A DNA stretch of 54,624 bases from Sulfuritalea sp. (GTDB lineage Bacteria; Pseudomonadota; Gammaproteobacteria; Burkholderiales; Rhodocyclaceae): contig JALHNN010000001.1 in NCBI GenBank assembly GCA_022843505.1, positions 1 to 54,624 of the forward strand, given 5' to 3'. Shown here in pieces: positions 45,401 to 54,276 of the stretch. The position numbers were made by a program, and so were the translations under genes. The notes under the pieces were generated by a model that saw only the letters and a program-made list of their open reading frames with translations, was not told the origin of the DNA and searched no databases. How positions within the stretch are numbered: the first letter of the stretch is position 1; each line of letters starts with the position of its first letter.

Positions 45401-47669
45401 CCACCTTCTTCAGCTCCGGAGACTGGTAGTTCCTGATGGGCCTGGAGAATGCCTTCGCTCCGACCGCGCCAGCCAGCGATCCAGCACCAAGACCAAGCGA
45501 GCCATAGAGGGCGGCGTTTCTCACCCTCTCTTCCACGGTTTCACCCTGCGTGCCACCGTAGGCCGCGCCGCCGCCCGCGCCTACGATCGGGGACAGAATG
45601 TTTGGGTTGATCGCCCCCCGCTGTTGCCGCATCCGAGAAGCCAGCGCCGTAGCCTCCGCCGAACGGGGCGTGGCGGCAGGAGCGTCAGGAGCCGCCGCCA
45701 GCAATTGTTCTACTTCCGTCCGTGGTTCTTGCAGCGGCCTTTGCCGCAGGTCGTTTCGGGGAGCTTGCTGTAGGTCGGCGTCTTCGAGGCGAATTCTCGC
45801 GCCACCTTCGGGTTGTTCGCGTACAGGTAGCGTTGCTGGGCTTTCGATTTGAATGGCATTGGGGTCTCCTTGTCTGATTAAAGCGTCCAGTTCATCCCTC
45901 ATGTACCTCCCCTGAGGCACCCAGTCGGGAACCTCTGGCACCTTGACCCCGTGCTGCCCCAACTCCCTCACGTTGGTTGAGCCCAAACTCTCGCCTTGCG
46001 GGGAGATGATGTCCACCTGAACGGCGGAAGGGTATCCTTCGCCGGGGCGGAAGACGGAATACTGGAAATCGATGCCGGGCGATTCGAGCGCGGTACGAAT
46101 GTAGGCGGCGCGGGGGTCCGCTGCCGGAACGGCCGACGCAAGCTCTCCCCCGGCCTCGGCCATCGCCCGGCCGACATTTCGCGCCCGTATGTCGCCAAGC
46201 AGCCCGGACCCTGGTGCGCCCTCCGGCAGCCGCACATCCGAAACAAGCCCAAGTTCTTCCGGAACGATGGCCCCGGCGCTTTCCACCACTTCCCCAGTGA
46301 GCGGCGTCGCGGCCCTCCGCTCGGCTTCCCGGGCCACTTCTGCGGCCAGGATGTCCGGCTGTGCCTGCGGCCTCCGCTGGAAATCCAATGCCCCTTCAAG
46401 GGCCGAAATGAAATCATCTTCCGACAGATTCCCCCTTCGCCCGAGAATCGTCTGCCGGGTCACATCGTCGCCCCCAGACAACTGATCGACGAGAGACTGG
46501 ATTCGTCGCTCCTTGGCTGCGTCCCGTGCGGCAGCCTGCGTAAAGACAGCTGCGCTTTCCTCGGCGGACTTGAACGGCGCACCTCCAAAGGCAGAAATCG
46601 CATCGGCTTGATTCGGGGGAATTGCCGCTTCCGGCTGCTTCACCGCAGCGACCCCCTCGTTCAACTTGGACTGAAGGGCGAACGGGCTTCCGGTGGTTTG
46701 CGTGGCCACTTCGGTGGCGATGTTCGCAACGCTGGCCCCCTTGGCGGAAGGCTCGGCCAGGATTTGCGAGGACTTCGGTTTATCGATAAATTTCCTAAGC
46801 TTCTCGCTTATGTCCTCGATTTCGCGCGCGATGGGTGGTGAGGACTTCGGGGTAGCGGCAACCAGGTGGGGAGCGATTTTCCTACTGAGGCCCGTCTCCT
46901 TGTTGAGGGCCGCCGACCCGAGGACCGCTATTCCGAGTTTAAGCGGATCAAATTCTCCGGTCGCGATTTGTTGCGCGCCCTCGATGCCGCCGCCAATTGC
47001 TCCGGTTATGACGGGCAGTGTTCGGCGAGCCGCCACGGCGGTTCCAATCGGAAGTCCCGGGCGATACACGCCTGCACTTCCCGCAAACTGACCCAGCATC
47101 GCGGCCACTGGATTGAGGTCCGCGGCAACTGCCGATTGCTGATACAGGTCAGCAAGACTCTCCGGAAGGATTTCAGGAAGCGCAACGTCCTGAGCGGTCC
47201 GCAAGCCCATTGCCCCGGCCGCTCCGGCCACGAGCGGTATGCCCAAGCGAGCAGCTGCTCCGGCAACACGGGTGGCGGGGGTTGGAATAGACGAGAGTGC
47301 CCCACCCACCCGCGTGGCGGCCGGCATCGCAGCCGATGCCGCCGCAGCTCCGGCTGCCATGGACGGAAATGATTTCACCGCCTCGGACCCGAAAGCGACG
47401 ATTGGCTCAGGTATGGTAAACAGGTCTTTCCCGGCGATGGCCTTGGGCAGCGGGACATCCCCGAAGAACGGGACTGGGTAGGTGTCGGCCACCCTTACCC
47501 GGAACTCCGGAAGGTTTTCCCTCGCTCGAATGCGGGCCAGCTTCTCCTCCTGCGCTGCGATTTCCTTGGCGGTCGCTACCGGATCGTAGTCCGCCCATGT
47601 GCCTGTCGCCGTGCTGTCATAGACAATGCGGCCACCTGTCGCTGGCTCTTGGTCGTAAACAACGGGCAT
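42438..47669 (-). CDS. Large internal virion / DNA-ejection protein (LPD38-like C-terminal region)
   Basis: 1743 aa, Ala-rich; 'DFMRKG...MPFLN', 'YYRIPK', 'NPALRVPVE..N...TGRNIVP'. Confidence 0.7.
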   Translation of the reverse strand: MPVVYDQEPATGGRIVYDSTATGTWADYDPVATAKEIAAQEEKLARIRARENLPEFRVRVADTYPVPFFGDVPLPKAIAGKDLFTIPEPIVAFGSEAVKSFPSMAAGAAAASAAMPAATRVGGALSSIPTPATRVAGAAARLGIPLVAGAAGAMGLRTAQDVALPEILPESLADLYQQSAVAADLNPVAAMLGQFAGSAGVYRPGLPIGTAVAARRTLPVITGAIGGGIEGAQQIATGEFDPLKLGIAVLGSAALNKETGLSRKIAPHLVAATPKSSPPIAREIEDISEKLRKFIDKPKSSQILAEPSAKGASVANIATEVATQTTGSPFALQSKLNEGVAAVKQPEAAIPPNQADAISAFGGAPFKSAEESAAVFTQAAARDAAKERRIQSLVDQLSGGDDVTRQTILGRRGNLSEDDFISALEGALDFQRRPQAQPDILAAEVAREAERRAATPLTGEVVESAGAIVPEELGLVSDVRLPEGAPGSGLLGDIRARNVGRAMAEAGGELASAVPAADPRAAYIRTALESPGIDFQYSVFRPGEGYPSAVQVDIISPQGESLGSTNVRELGQHGVKVPEVPDWVPQGRYMRDELDALIRQGDPNAIQIESPATLPVREQPEGGARIRLEDADLQQAPRNDLRQRPLQEPRTEVEQLLAAAPDAPAATPRSAEATALASRMRQQRGAINPNILSPIVGAGGGAAYGGTQGETVEERVRNAALYGSLGLGAGSLAGAVGAKAFSRPIRNYQSPELKKVAQMLTPKETKPSLFQKLSDGYGNFRYRYNTQFAPLGEAQRALWKLSGRMFSPGRYYDLERSFERLAGAPVQAEGEVELLQRVIDKLPRDDVPHLDSYLVLARIEDRLIKTGEDNIRLSDAVAKAQAELAAATAANQANPGVRNSAAVIAKREALSSATKKLKEEYDRKRVGDWSIAEAQRGLSKLEQEIGPDAFARIKQAAREHQAIARRALQIQVDSGRMPQELMDRVIESNDFYAPFKVLKHYEADDPFVKGAGSGRVPTMESLVKKITGIDDVDVRIDSPTNVTAEQVYKGYILAQKNRKMRELATLARIDPEGTYVRHLGADEKPRIGYEKVNYLVNGQPKSLEVDKKIAAALNGADANETDILLRSLGRASALFKFGATGASIPFNLSNAFVFDPLRLSIISRYGFKSPKDFLWTLYEWPKAMFSSAKGNLGAAVGVPPGELYDQWIRSGAANSTLARQMVPEAFTARLPKEAKLGETLVTNNFGLGAPLKLAALLSNTLEETTKIWGLQRAMRIERLDSLPPAERARKWAEIVTEVRNYAGSPDFMRKGVSMRPLNILMPFLNPRWQGATNDFARLNPFRRGNAKDAGAAWTRMTALLGIPTAGLMVYNLSSPENEKDYKLIPQDERDRYFHIPLYRDAEGKPTILQTENGGYYFNNRDGAALRGYYRIPKREFTGLAANTIEDFIVYAKDTDEGSFKQLAANFGEGFLETMSPVSIRGDTLGERAMSAASGVNPALRVPVEVGLNTSLYTGRNIVPESRMAASPHLQFSPTTPEFYKDTAAALPAWAPDTLRSPGKLQYITEGLTGGFSRQFASPKLSPGNPAGESSPLLNRFFRSERVESKALLDAAKEAERGRADQRIQEQDLGDTIVNEMTAAPDAARQTFLRYKDQGVINERVEGYIRDGLTDAARGLTYEDRVIKRSFAISGGFRAKHYAQKLASMTPDERIAYIRDQARKGLLSEEVAAQLAVEMGLQASNPSP

Positions 47670-47678
47670 GACTGAATG

Positions 47679-48695
47679 CTACTGCCACCGGGCCGGTCTT
47701 CCACCGATCATAATTTTCGTGCCGGGCTTCAGAAGTCCAGCAGCGCCGGCAGCCTCAGCCTCTGCTTCGGTTGCGAATGACGGGGTTTCGGACTGGGTTT
47801 CGGCAGATGGAGGGCCAGATAGGGCCGAGATTAACCGGTCGATGCTAGATGCAGATGCGCGCTGTCCCGTTCTAATGGCCCTCAATTCCCCCGTGGCCCG
47901 GCTGACCTGATTAACCACAAGTTCCCCGGTGGTCGGGTCCTCCCCGGACCGGACATTGGTCCAGCCTGGATCATTCAATGCATTTTGCACACGCGCCGCC
48001 GCAGCGTCCGCTTTGATCCTGTCGTTTTCGGCCCGCAATGCGTCGGTGGTCGCCTTGGCCTTGGAAAGTTCGTCATAGGTCGTGGCCCGCATCTCAGCGA
48101 TCCGCGCTTGCGCCAGTCTCGACTCGGCCAGCGACGCCGCCTTGTCAGCCTCCGATTGAATCTGCTGACCCGTCGCCAGAGTATCCGTGCGAGTGAAAGG
48201 TCTTTCGGTGCCCCCGACGCCGATTTCGCGCCCGGTGGTGGTCCTGACCCGGGGGGTGAACTCCTCGACGGCCTCGATGTTCCCGAATCCGGCGTCGATG
48301 TCCAGTGGGCGCATCCGGCGTTCGCCCCCGGTGATGTCAACAGACTCAACAATCTGATTGGGAATGGAAGCGCGGCGCTGCGCCTCCCCAAGCTCCAGCT
48401 GCGCAAGCTGCGTGGTCACGGGAGACCGCGCCACAGCCTCCTGAAGCTGGATTTCGGCAAGCTGCTGACGAAGCGGACGGGCCTTGGCCTCTTCTGAAAT
48501 CTGCAAAAGGGCCCGTGTCAGGCCCATGCCCTGCCCCACCGCGGCCCCGATGTCCACGGTGTTGCCCATGTTCCCGGTGTTCCCGATTTCCCGGATAGTC
48601 CCAAGTGCCCTGGGAGTCGGAGCCAGCAATCGGGGGTCACCGTAATTGATCCCCGGGAGCACACCTGAGCGAGCGCCTGAAGTTGTGACAGCCAT
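47679..48695 (-). CDS. Probable DNA-ejection protein
   Basis: A/Q/R-rich, between pilot-like and large internal protein. Confidence 0.55.
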   Translation of the reverse strand: MAVTTSGARSGVLPGINYGDPRLLAPTPRALGTIREIGNTGNMGNTVDIGAAVGQGMGLTRALLQISEEAKARPLRQQLAEIQLQEAVARSPVTTQLAQLELGEAQRRASIPNQIVESVDITGGERRMRPLDIDAGFGNIEAVEEFTPRVRTTTGREIGVGGTERPFTRTDTLATGQQIQSEADKAASLAESRLAQARIAEMRATTYDELSKAKATTDALRAENDRIKADAAAARVQNALNDPGWTNVRSGEDPTTGELVVNQVSRATGELRAIRTGQRASASSIDRLISALSGPPSAETQSETPSFATEAEAEAAGAAGLLKPGTKIMIGGRPARWQ

Positions 48696-48696
48696 A

Positions 48697-49899
48697 TCAG
48701 CCTCCTCCCCCAAGACCGTAGTTTTTGATCGGAACATACGGGGTGCTGAACGTTGGAAGCGGCACGGCCGGCTTGGGAGCGACCGGCTTTGGCGTTGGCT
48801 TCTTTCCCGCAAGGTTCGTCAGGAGGCCCATGCCAGCGCCTAACAATTGGGAGCCAATCTGGGAAGTCTGATTCGCCGCAGCCGCCTGATTGGCAGCCAG
48901 ATTCGCCGCCTGATTGGCAGCCAGATTCGCCTTCTGGGTCGCCGCAAAGTTCTTCGCCTGCATGGCCTGATCAGCCTTGATGGCTTCGAGGGTCGCGTCG
49001 AATTGCGCCTGCTGGGCGAGCGCATTGGTGTTCCCCACTGCCAGATTGACCACCGACGATGGATCGAGGCCGGTCTGGGGAGTCGCGATGGATTGCCCAA
49101 GCTGGGATGCGGCGAGCGCGCGGGCAAAGTCACCGGACTGGAGACTCGCGAGAAACGCCCCGCTGTCGTACAGGTCACGCCGCCCCTCCTGCTGAAGGCC
49201 GGCCTCGGCCGCTCCAAGGGTGCCGGCCGTTTGCAGCCTCCGATTGAGAAGATCGAGACTTGTCAGTCCGAGGTCTCGGGCAACAACGTCCCGGCCGAGG
49301 CCAAGGCCGCCGCCCACAGTCCCTGCCGTCGCCAGCCCCCGGCGCGTCACGGCATTCTGGACATCGAGCGGCAGCTTTCCGCCCAATCCCAATTCCTCCC
49401 GGGACCGGGCAATGGCACCCCGCAGCAACCCAGCCTCCACTTCGGAACCGGCCTGACCAGCAATCCGATTACTGATCGTATCCACGCCCGGCTGACGGGC
49501 GATGGAATTGATCAGCGACATGACCGAGCCGGTGCGGAGCCGGCCAAGCTCGGGAGACAGCTCGTTTTCTAGCGCCATGCCCTCAATGGCGTTGCGGCGC
49601 GCAAATTCGCGGGCTTGGGCGTCAAGAGAGTTGATGTCCACGGTCGGTGACGGACGGGGTGGAGCAGCCGCCTTGGCAGCGGCCTGGGCTTCGGCTTCGG
49701 CAATGGCCTCGGCCTGGGCATCCGCCTCGGCCCTGGCTGCCGCCTCAGTCGCCGCCCTAGCGGCTGCGTCCGCTGCCTTGCGGGCATCGGACTGGCCCTT
49801 GGCGGTCAGGGCCAATCCGCCCACGGTTCCGGCCAGAGCAAGTCCGCCGGCCGCGGCGCTGCCCCCTCCAATGGCCGCTAAAACTGGGACTACTGGCAT
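48697..49899 (-). CDS. Probable DNA-ejection (pilot-like) protein
   Basis: Gly/Ala hydrophobic N-terminus, A/Q-rich; follows GNAT as in P22/T7-like layouts. Confidence 0.6.
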   Translation of the reverse strand: MPVVPVLAAIGGGSAAAGGLALAGTVGGLALTAKGQSDARKAADAAARAATEAAARAEADAQAEAIAEAEAQAAAKAAAPPRPSPTVDINSLDAQAREFARRNAIEGMALENELSPELGRLRTGSVMSLINSIARQPGVDTISNRIAGQAGSEVEAGLLRGAIARSREELGLGGKLPLDVQNAVTRRGLATAGTVGGGLGLGRDVVARDLGLTSLDLLNRRLQTAGTLGAAEAGLQQEGRRDLYDSGAFLASLQSGDFARALAASQLGQSIATPQTGLDPSSVVNLAVGNTNALAQQAQFDATLEAIKADQAMQAKNFAATQKANLAANQAANLAANQAAAANQTSQIGSQLLGAGMGLLTNLAGKKPTPKPVAPKPAVPLPTFSTPYVPIKNYGLGGGG

Positions 49900-49900
49900 G

Positions 49901-50401
49901 TTATTTGACCTCCTCGCGCCGGATTCCGTAGTACGTTATTTTCACCGGTCGGCCGCTTCGCGTGTTCGGCCAATCGGTCGTGTTCCGGGCAGTCATACCG
50001 ACCGACCGGCAAAACCATTTTACCTGAGGGGTGTCGCTCCAAGCGTATGAAGTAATCTCCCTGGCATCCGTATTGTCAAACACCCAGCGGATTGCCTCCT
50101 TCGCCGCACAGACGGCCATCGCGCCGCGACAGGTGGGAAGAAGGGCGGTGTGCGCTTCGTATCCCCCCTCTCTCGGAAGCAGCCAGAACACCCCGCAGGG
50201 GGCTCCATCTTCAAGGTTGGCCTTCAGGAATATCCCGCCCGGAAGGTCAATCTTGGTCCCCATCAATTTGGCCGGATCGTCGGGACAAGCGTCGTCCCGC
50301 ATGGCCTCGTAAATGTCCCGGTTGAGAAACATCGAAAGCGCCCATTCCGCATCCTCCGTGCGTTCGATACTCACCGTTGGAGATGCGATCTCGGCGATCA
50401 T
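49901..50401 (-). CDS. GNAT-fold virion assembly protein
   Basis: 'YEAHTALLPTCRG...IRWVF...KWFCRSVGM'. Confidence 0.75.
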   Translation of the reverse strand: MIAEIASPTVSIERTEDAEWALSMFLNRDIYEAMRDDACPDDPAKLMGTKIDLPGGIFLKANLEDGAPCGVFWLLPREGGYEAHTALLPTCRGAMAVCAAKEAIRWVFDNTDAREITSYAWSDTPQVKWFCRSVGMTARNTTDWPNTRSGRPVKITYYGIRREEVK

Positions 50402-51396
50402 AGTGCCCGCTCCAGAAGGATTGAGGCGGATGAGTTTCCGCCGGCTCCGGCCACGGTGACATTTCCGGCGCCAACCCCGTCAGCGGCAGACATCCTGAAG
50501 TCGATGATGTCGCCAGTGGCCAATTGGACCAGGGTATAGACCTGCGGATACCATCGGTCTCCCGGGGGCGATCCGATGGCCATTCCGGAACCGTTGTAAC
50601 TCCCCCCGTTCTTAAAGATGGCTAAGGCAAATTCCATGCCGCCGGAAACTCCGGTGTCGTTGTCGATCTGAAGCTCGCACGAAACACTGTAGATGCCGTC
50701 CTTGGGGGCGACGAATTGACTGTTTCCGGAATCGTAGGCCGCGTCCGGATCAACGACGGCATTATTGAAGAGCAGTTTCGTGAATGTCGCGGCTCCCTGA
50801 ATGGGGACCGTTTGATCAGCCGTGAGCCAGACGGAGATGGGGTAATTGATGAGCGAATCCTGCAATGCCGAAACATCCGTCTGAAGATCGGTCACGTCCG
50901 TTTGCAGATCGGTCACGTCAGTTTCTAGTGCATCGATCTGCGGCTGCAACGTCGCGACTGCTGCCGCAATCAACGCATTGACCGCCGTAAGCGTCGGCCT
51001 GTTGGCATACACATCGGTCCATGCGCCGTTGTAGTAGGTCTTTAGTGCCAGGGGCGAGCCGACTGGCGAGCTGACGCCGCTCGTCTCGATCCAGAATTGA
51101 TACTTGGTCGCGTCCGGGGCGGCAATTCCGACGAAATATTCCAACGACAGGGAATTCAGGGGAAGCGGGATATATTCCCCGGCGGTAGCACTCCACACCC
51201 ACAGTTCTGAATCGTTCTTGAACCACGGATTCGGTCCCGAGGTGGGCTCCGTCGATCCCCCAAGCGGAAGCAGATAGGTTCCCCTCGTAACAAGGGTAAG
51301 TGCCCCCGCAATCGCGTCACCAAGCTGCTGCGGCGTCCACCGAACATTGGGGGGGAGCGCCCCCATCTGAATGGTGATTGGAAGTACGTTCGGCAT
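50398..51396 (-). CDS. Tail fibre/spike with coiled coil and C1q-like domain
   Basis: 'TDVTDLQ' heptads; 'FVAPKDGIYSV', 'IFKNG', 'VQLATGDII'. Confidence 0.75.
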   Translation of the reverse strand: MPNVLPITIQMGALPPNVRWTPQQLGDAIAGALTLVTRGTYLLPLGGSTEPTSGPNPWFKNDSELWVWSATAGEYIPLPLNSLSLEYFVGIAAPDATKYQFWIETSGVSSPVGSPLALKTYYNGAWTDVYANRPTLTAVNALIAAAVATLQPQIDALETDVTDLQTDVTDLQTDVSALQDSLINYPISVWLTADQTVPIQGAATFTKLLFNNAVVDPDAAYDSGNSQFVAPKDGIYSVSCELQIDNDTGVSGGMEFALAIFKNGGSYNGSGMAIGSPPGDRWYPQVYTLVQLATGDIIDFRMSAADGVGAGNVTVAGAGGNSSASILLERAL

Positions 51397-51454
51397 GGTT
51401 CTGTTTGGGTGCCCGACGGTTACAGCCGCAGGAACATAGAGTCACGATCAAAAG

Positions 51455-52153
51455 TCATTTGTAAATCCTCGGATGGACGGCGACGGTCGTCCCTGTGTTT
51501 GTGAGGATGTTGCCCTTGATCCCATTCTCGTTGGTGGTGCGTCCGATCAGCGGCCAATAGTCCACCAGCGACTGGGGCCGGATCATAAGCGGCGACGCAC
51601 CCTTTGCCATCGATGCCACCTCGGCATCGGTAAGCGAGACGGACCAGATTGCCGCCTCGGCGATGTCCCCGCTGAAGTACAGAATTGTGCTCGATCCCGT
51701 AAATGCCCCAATGGCTGTTTTGGTAAATCCGGACGGAGAAACCGAAGTCGCATTTGTGAATTTGGTGCCGTTTAGAAACACGCGGCGGTCGGTCGTGCTA
51801 TTGAAAACTCCGGCGGCATGGTACCACGTATCGGCGACTATTCCAGATGTCCCGGTTGTGGCACTGGCGGCGAGGACGGACTGCCGATTGGAGGTTGCAG
51901 TAAGAGGATCTCCCGCGTCAGCCCCACGGAATATCAGGTAGTGTCCGTCATCGCTGGGAGCAAAGACGCCCATGATGACCGTGGTCGCCGTGATGTTGGC
52001 CGGCTTGAACCAACAGGCGAACGTCATCGGGGGGGTCGCCAAACCGGAGGTAATCACCAGTTGTTGGGACGATGCTGACACAAAATTTCTCGCCGCCTTA
52101 ACGGGCGCGGCCAACGCGAGGATGACGAAGACGATGAAAATACGGGCCTTCAT
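51455..52153 (-). CDS. LamG/concanavalin-like domain protein with signal peptide
   Basis: 'TFACWFKP', 'TWYHAAGV', 'VFLNG', 'FSGDIAEAAIWSVSLTDAEV'. Confidence 0.85.
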   Translation of the reverse strand: MKARIFIVFVILALAAPVKAARNFVSASSQQLVITSGLATPPMTFACWFKPANITATTVIMGVFAPSDDGHYLIFRGADAGDPLTATSNRQSVLAASATTGTSGIVADTWYHAAGVFNSTTDRRVFLNGTKFTNATSVSPSGFTKTAIGAFTGSSTILYFSGDIAEAAIWSVSLTDAEVASMAKGASPLMIRPQSLVDYWPLIGRTTNENGIKGNILTNTGTTVAVHPRIYK

Positions 52154-53652
52154 TGCTGGCGAATTTCAATGGCGATGAGTTCTGCGTCGCCGGTCATGGT
52201 GTCGCTGCCGCTTGTGGCGTTGCGGGTTAATTTCACGCGAAACAGGTCTCCGGCAACCAGACCCCCGATCTGGGCTCCGGAGTGATTGATGGTGGTCACG
52301 GTGATTATTCCGCTCGTTCCGTTCGCCGGAGCCGGAGCGGAATCAATTCCCGCAGCAAAATTGTCGCTGTTTAGGTTGCTTCCGTTGCACCGCTCGAAAG
52401 CCGTCGTCCAGACGACATTGCCGCTCGTGGCGGTTGATGCCATCCACATGATGCGAACCGACAGCCCTGTGGTGAAGTCCGCACCGTCCGGGATTGTCCC
52501 GACGAAAACGGCGCTCTCATTGGTGTCCGCATCGTAGTCGAGAAGGGCAATCGAGTTTCGCGTGTCAAAGGTGGAAAAGGTCGCTGCGGGGGGTTGATTG
52601 TCCAAAGGCGTGAATCGCGCCAGCGTGAGGCTGCCAGCACCGCTATCCGTCCCCCACGCCGCTACGCCGCTAGAAACTTTCAGCACCTGTCCTTCGGTCC
52701 CAATGCCAAGTCTTTCCGGGGTGCCCGATGCCGCGCCCCTGATGATGTCCCCAAGCGTGGTCATGGGATTGGTCATGCCGCCGCTATCGGTGTCCCACGC
52801 GAGCGCGCCTCCCACGACCTTCAGCACTTGTCCGTTGGTCCCAATAGCGAGTCTTTCCGGAGTGCCCGATGCGCCGCCCTTGATCACGTCTCCCGCCGTG
52901 GTCATGGGATTAGTCATTCCAGAGGAGGCAGCCGTCCATGCAATAGTCGTTGCCGTGGACGCCAGCACCTGTCCGGTCGTGCCGCGTGGAAGGCGCGTCC
53001 AAACGGTTGCATTGCGATACAGCAGATCGCCCTCAGCCGAGGAACCCGGAACGCCGATTACATCGGTGCCGGGTACCAGAGACAGCTGGGTTCTCATGGC
53101 AGAATAGTCGGCCGCACCAAGAAAGCTCTGCGTGTTGGCGGAAGGAGTGATGCCGGCAAAGATGGTGAGATTGGAACTGAGCGGCTGGAAATCCCCGGCC
53201 AGTCCCTCCTTGGTCGTGCTCACAAGCCGCCACCGGGAGGCCGTGCCGTCGTAAAGAACCGACACGCCGGCCCCCGCCGGAATCGTATAGCTCCCTCCGA
53301 TGGCGAATCGGTTGGCAGCGGCGCTGGAGGAACTCTCGTTGGCGAGTATGATCGGCTGTGCCCCGACGTTGGATAGGACCAGTGAGCGGCCCGCCGGGGT
53401 CGTGCCGGCGGCGATGCCGGTGATCGTGCGCGAGGCGTCAGAACTGAGGCGAAGGAGAAGTGCGGTAGCCAGCCCGGTTGGGTTGTAGTCGTTGACGCTG
53501 GCAGTGATCTGATCGGGCGTGATTGAACCGGTTGAGGCTGAACCGATGCGAACGGACCTCTGCACGTTGAGATCGCTGATCAATTGCTGGGCCGACAGGG
53601 GGACGCCAAAACACAGGATCGCTGCCAGGGTGATAATGATTCTGTTGTGCAT
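52150..53652 (-). CDS. Tail-fibre-like repeat protein with signal peptide
   Basis: Repeats 'NPMTT.GD.I.G.ASGTPERL.IGT.GQVLKV..G..AW'; N-term MHNRIIITLAAILCFGVPLSA-Q. Confidence 0.75.
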   Translation of the reverse strand: MHNRIIITLAAILCFGVPLSAQQLISDLNVQRSVRIGSASTGSITPDQITASVNDYNPTGLATALLLRLSSDASRTITGIAAGTTPAGRSLVLSNVGAQPIILANESSSSAAANRFAIGGSYTIPAGAGVSVLYDGTASRWRLVSTTKEGLAGDFQPLSSNLTIFAGITPSANTQSFLGAADYSAMRTQLSLVPGTDVIGVPGSSAEGDLLYRNATVWTRLPRGTTGQVLASTATTIAWTAASSGMTNPMTTAGDVIKGGASGTPERLAIGTNGQVLKVVGGALAWDTDSGGMTNPMTTLGDIIRGAASGTPERLGIGTEGQVLKVSSGVAAWGTDSGAGSLTLARFTPLDNQPPAATFSTFDTRNSIALLDYDADTNESAVFVGTIPDGADFTTGLSVRIMWMASTATSGNVVWTTAFERCNGSNLNSDNFAAGIDSAPAPANGTSGIITVTTINHSGAQIGGLVAGDLFRVKLTRNATSGSDTMTGDAELIAIEIRQQ

Positions 53653-53657
53653 GTTGA

Positions 53658-54041
53658 TTAGAGGACGGCGATCCATGAAAGGACGTAGCCTTCGGCCGGA
53701 ATGATCGCCCCAAGCCGGGCAGTAAAACCGTCAGCCGTTATCGTGCCTATCTCGACCGATGCGCTGATGGTGTATCCGTCTTCAGGAATCAGGACGGTCA
53801 GCGTGACGCCCCTGGGTGGAGATGGGAATGGGTTGGTGAAGACGACGGCCTTCTCCTCGTCGTCGATTTCAAGGTCTATTCTTCCCGCTTTCACTGTGAA
53901 CCCCTCGTCCGGGTCATAGGGGGAATCCCCGCCATCTTCCGTGCAGTCCGTGCAGTCGAGGCAAGTCGGGAGGAACGGAACATACGGAATGTCCACCACC
54001 CTTGGGGTAAACGGAGCGAGGGCCAGAAATGGAGTGCTCAT
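53658..54041 (-). CDS. Small beta-sandwich (H-type lectin-like) tail protein
   Basis: 'VVFTNPFPSPPRGV...ITADGF...LSWIA'. Confidence 0.6.
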   Translation of the reverse strand: MSTPFLALAPFTPRVVDIPYVPFLPTCLDCTDCTEDGGDSPYDPDEGFTVKAGRIDLEIDDEEKAVVFTNPFPSPPRGVTLTVLIPEDGYTISASVEIGTITADGFTARLGAIIPAEGYVLSWIAVL

Positions 54042-54050
54042 GCTGGGCGG

Positions 54051-54269
54051 CTACCATGTCAATAGGGTTGCAATCACGGCGAGCAGAGTCACGGCCAAAA
54101 GGGCCATCCATCGCGGGACCGCAAACCGGGAGTTCCATCTGGAACGGCGCCGCTTGCACTTCTCGCATTGCATGAGGTCGGTTCCCCATATCAGGTCGAT
54201 GAACCAGACCAAGGGGCGGAAGGCGTAATGGGCCGCGTCGCCGATGCCGAATGATTGGTGCAGGTCCAT
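54051..54269 (-). CDS. Small Cys-containing membrane protein
   Basis: 'GIGD...C.KCKRRRSRWN' plus C-terminal TM. Confidence 0.6.
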   Translation of the reverse strand: MDLHQSFGIGDAAHYAFRPLVWFIDLIWGTDLMQCEKCKRRRSRWNSRFAVPRWMALLAVTLLAVIATLLTW

Positions 54270-54276
54270 CTGCTTG

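Noticed and set aside
48881-48928. 24-bp tandem duplication (also 21-bp repeats near 50880-50920)
   Set aside because: In-frame low-complexity or coiled-coil coding repeats, which are ordinary.
52640-52920. Internal DNA repeats in the fibre gene as a DGR template/variable pair
   Set aside because: They are in-frame protein repeats with no adenine-specific pattern, and no reverse transcriptase is in the window.
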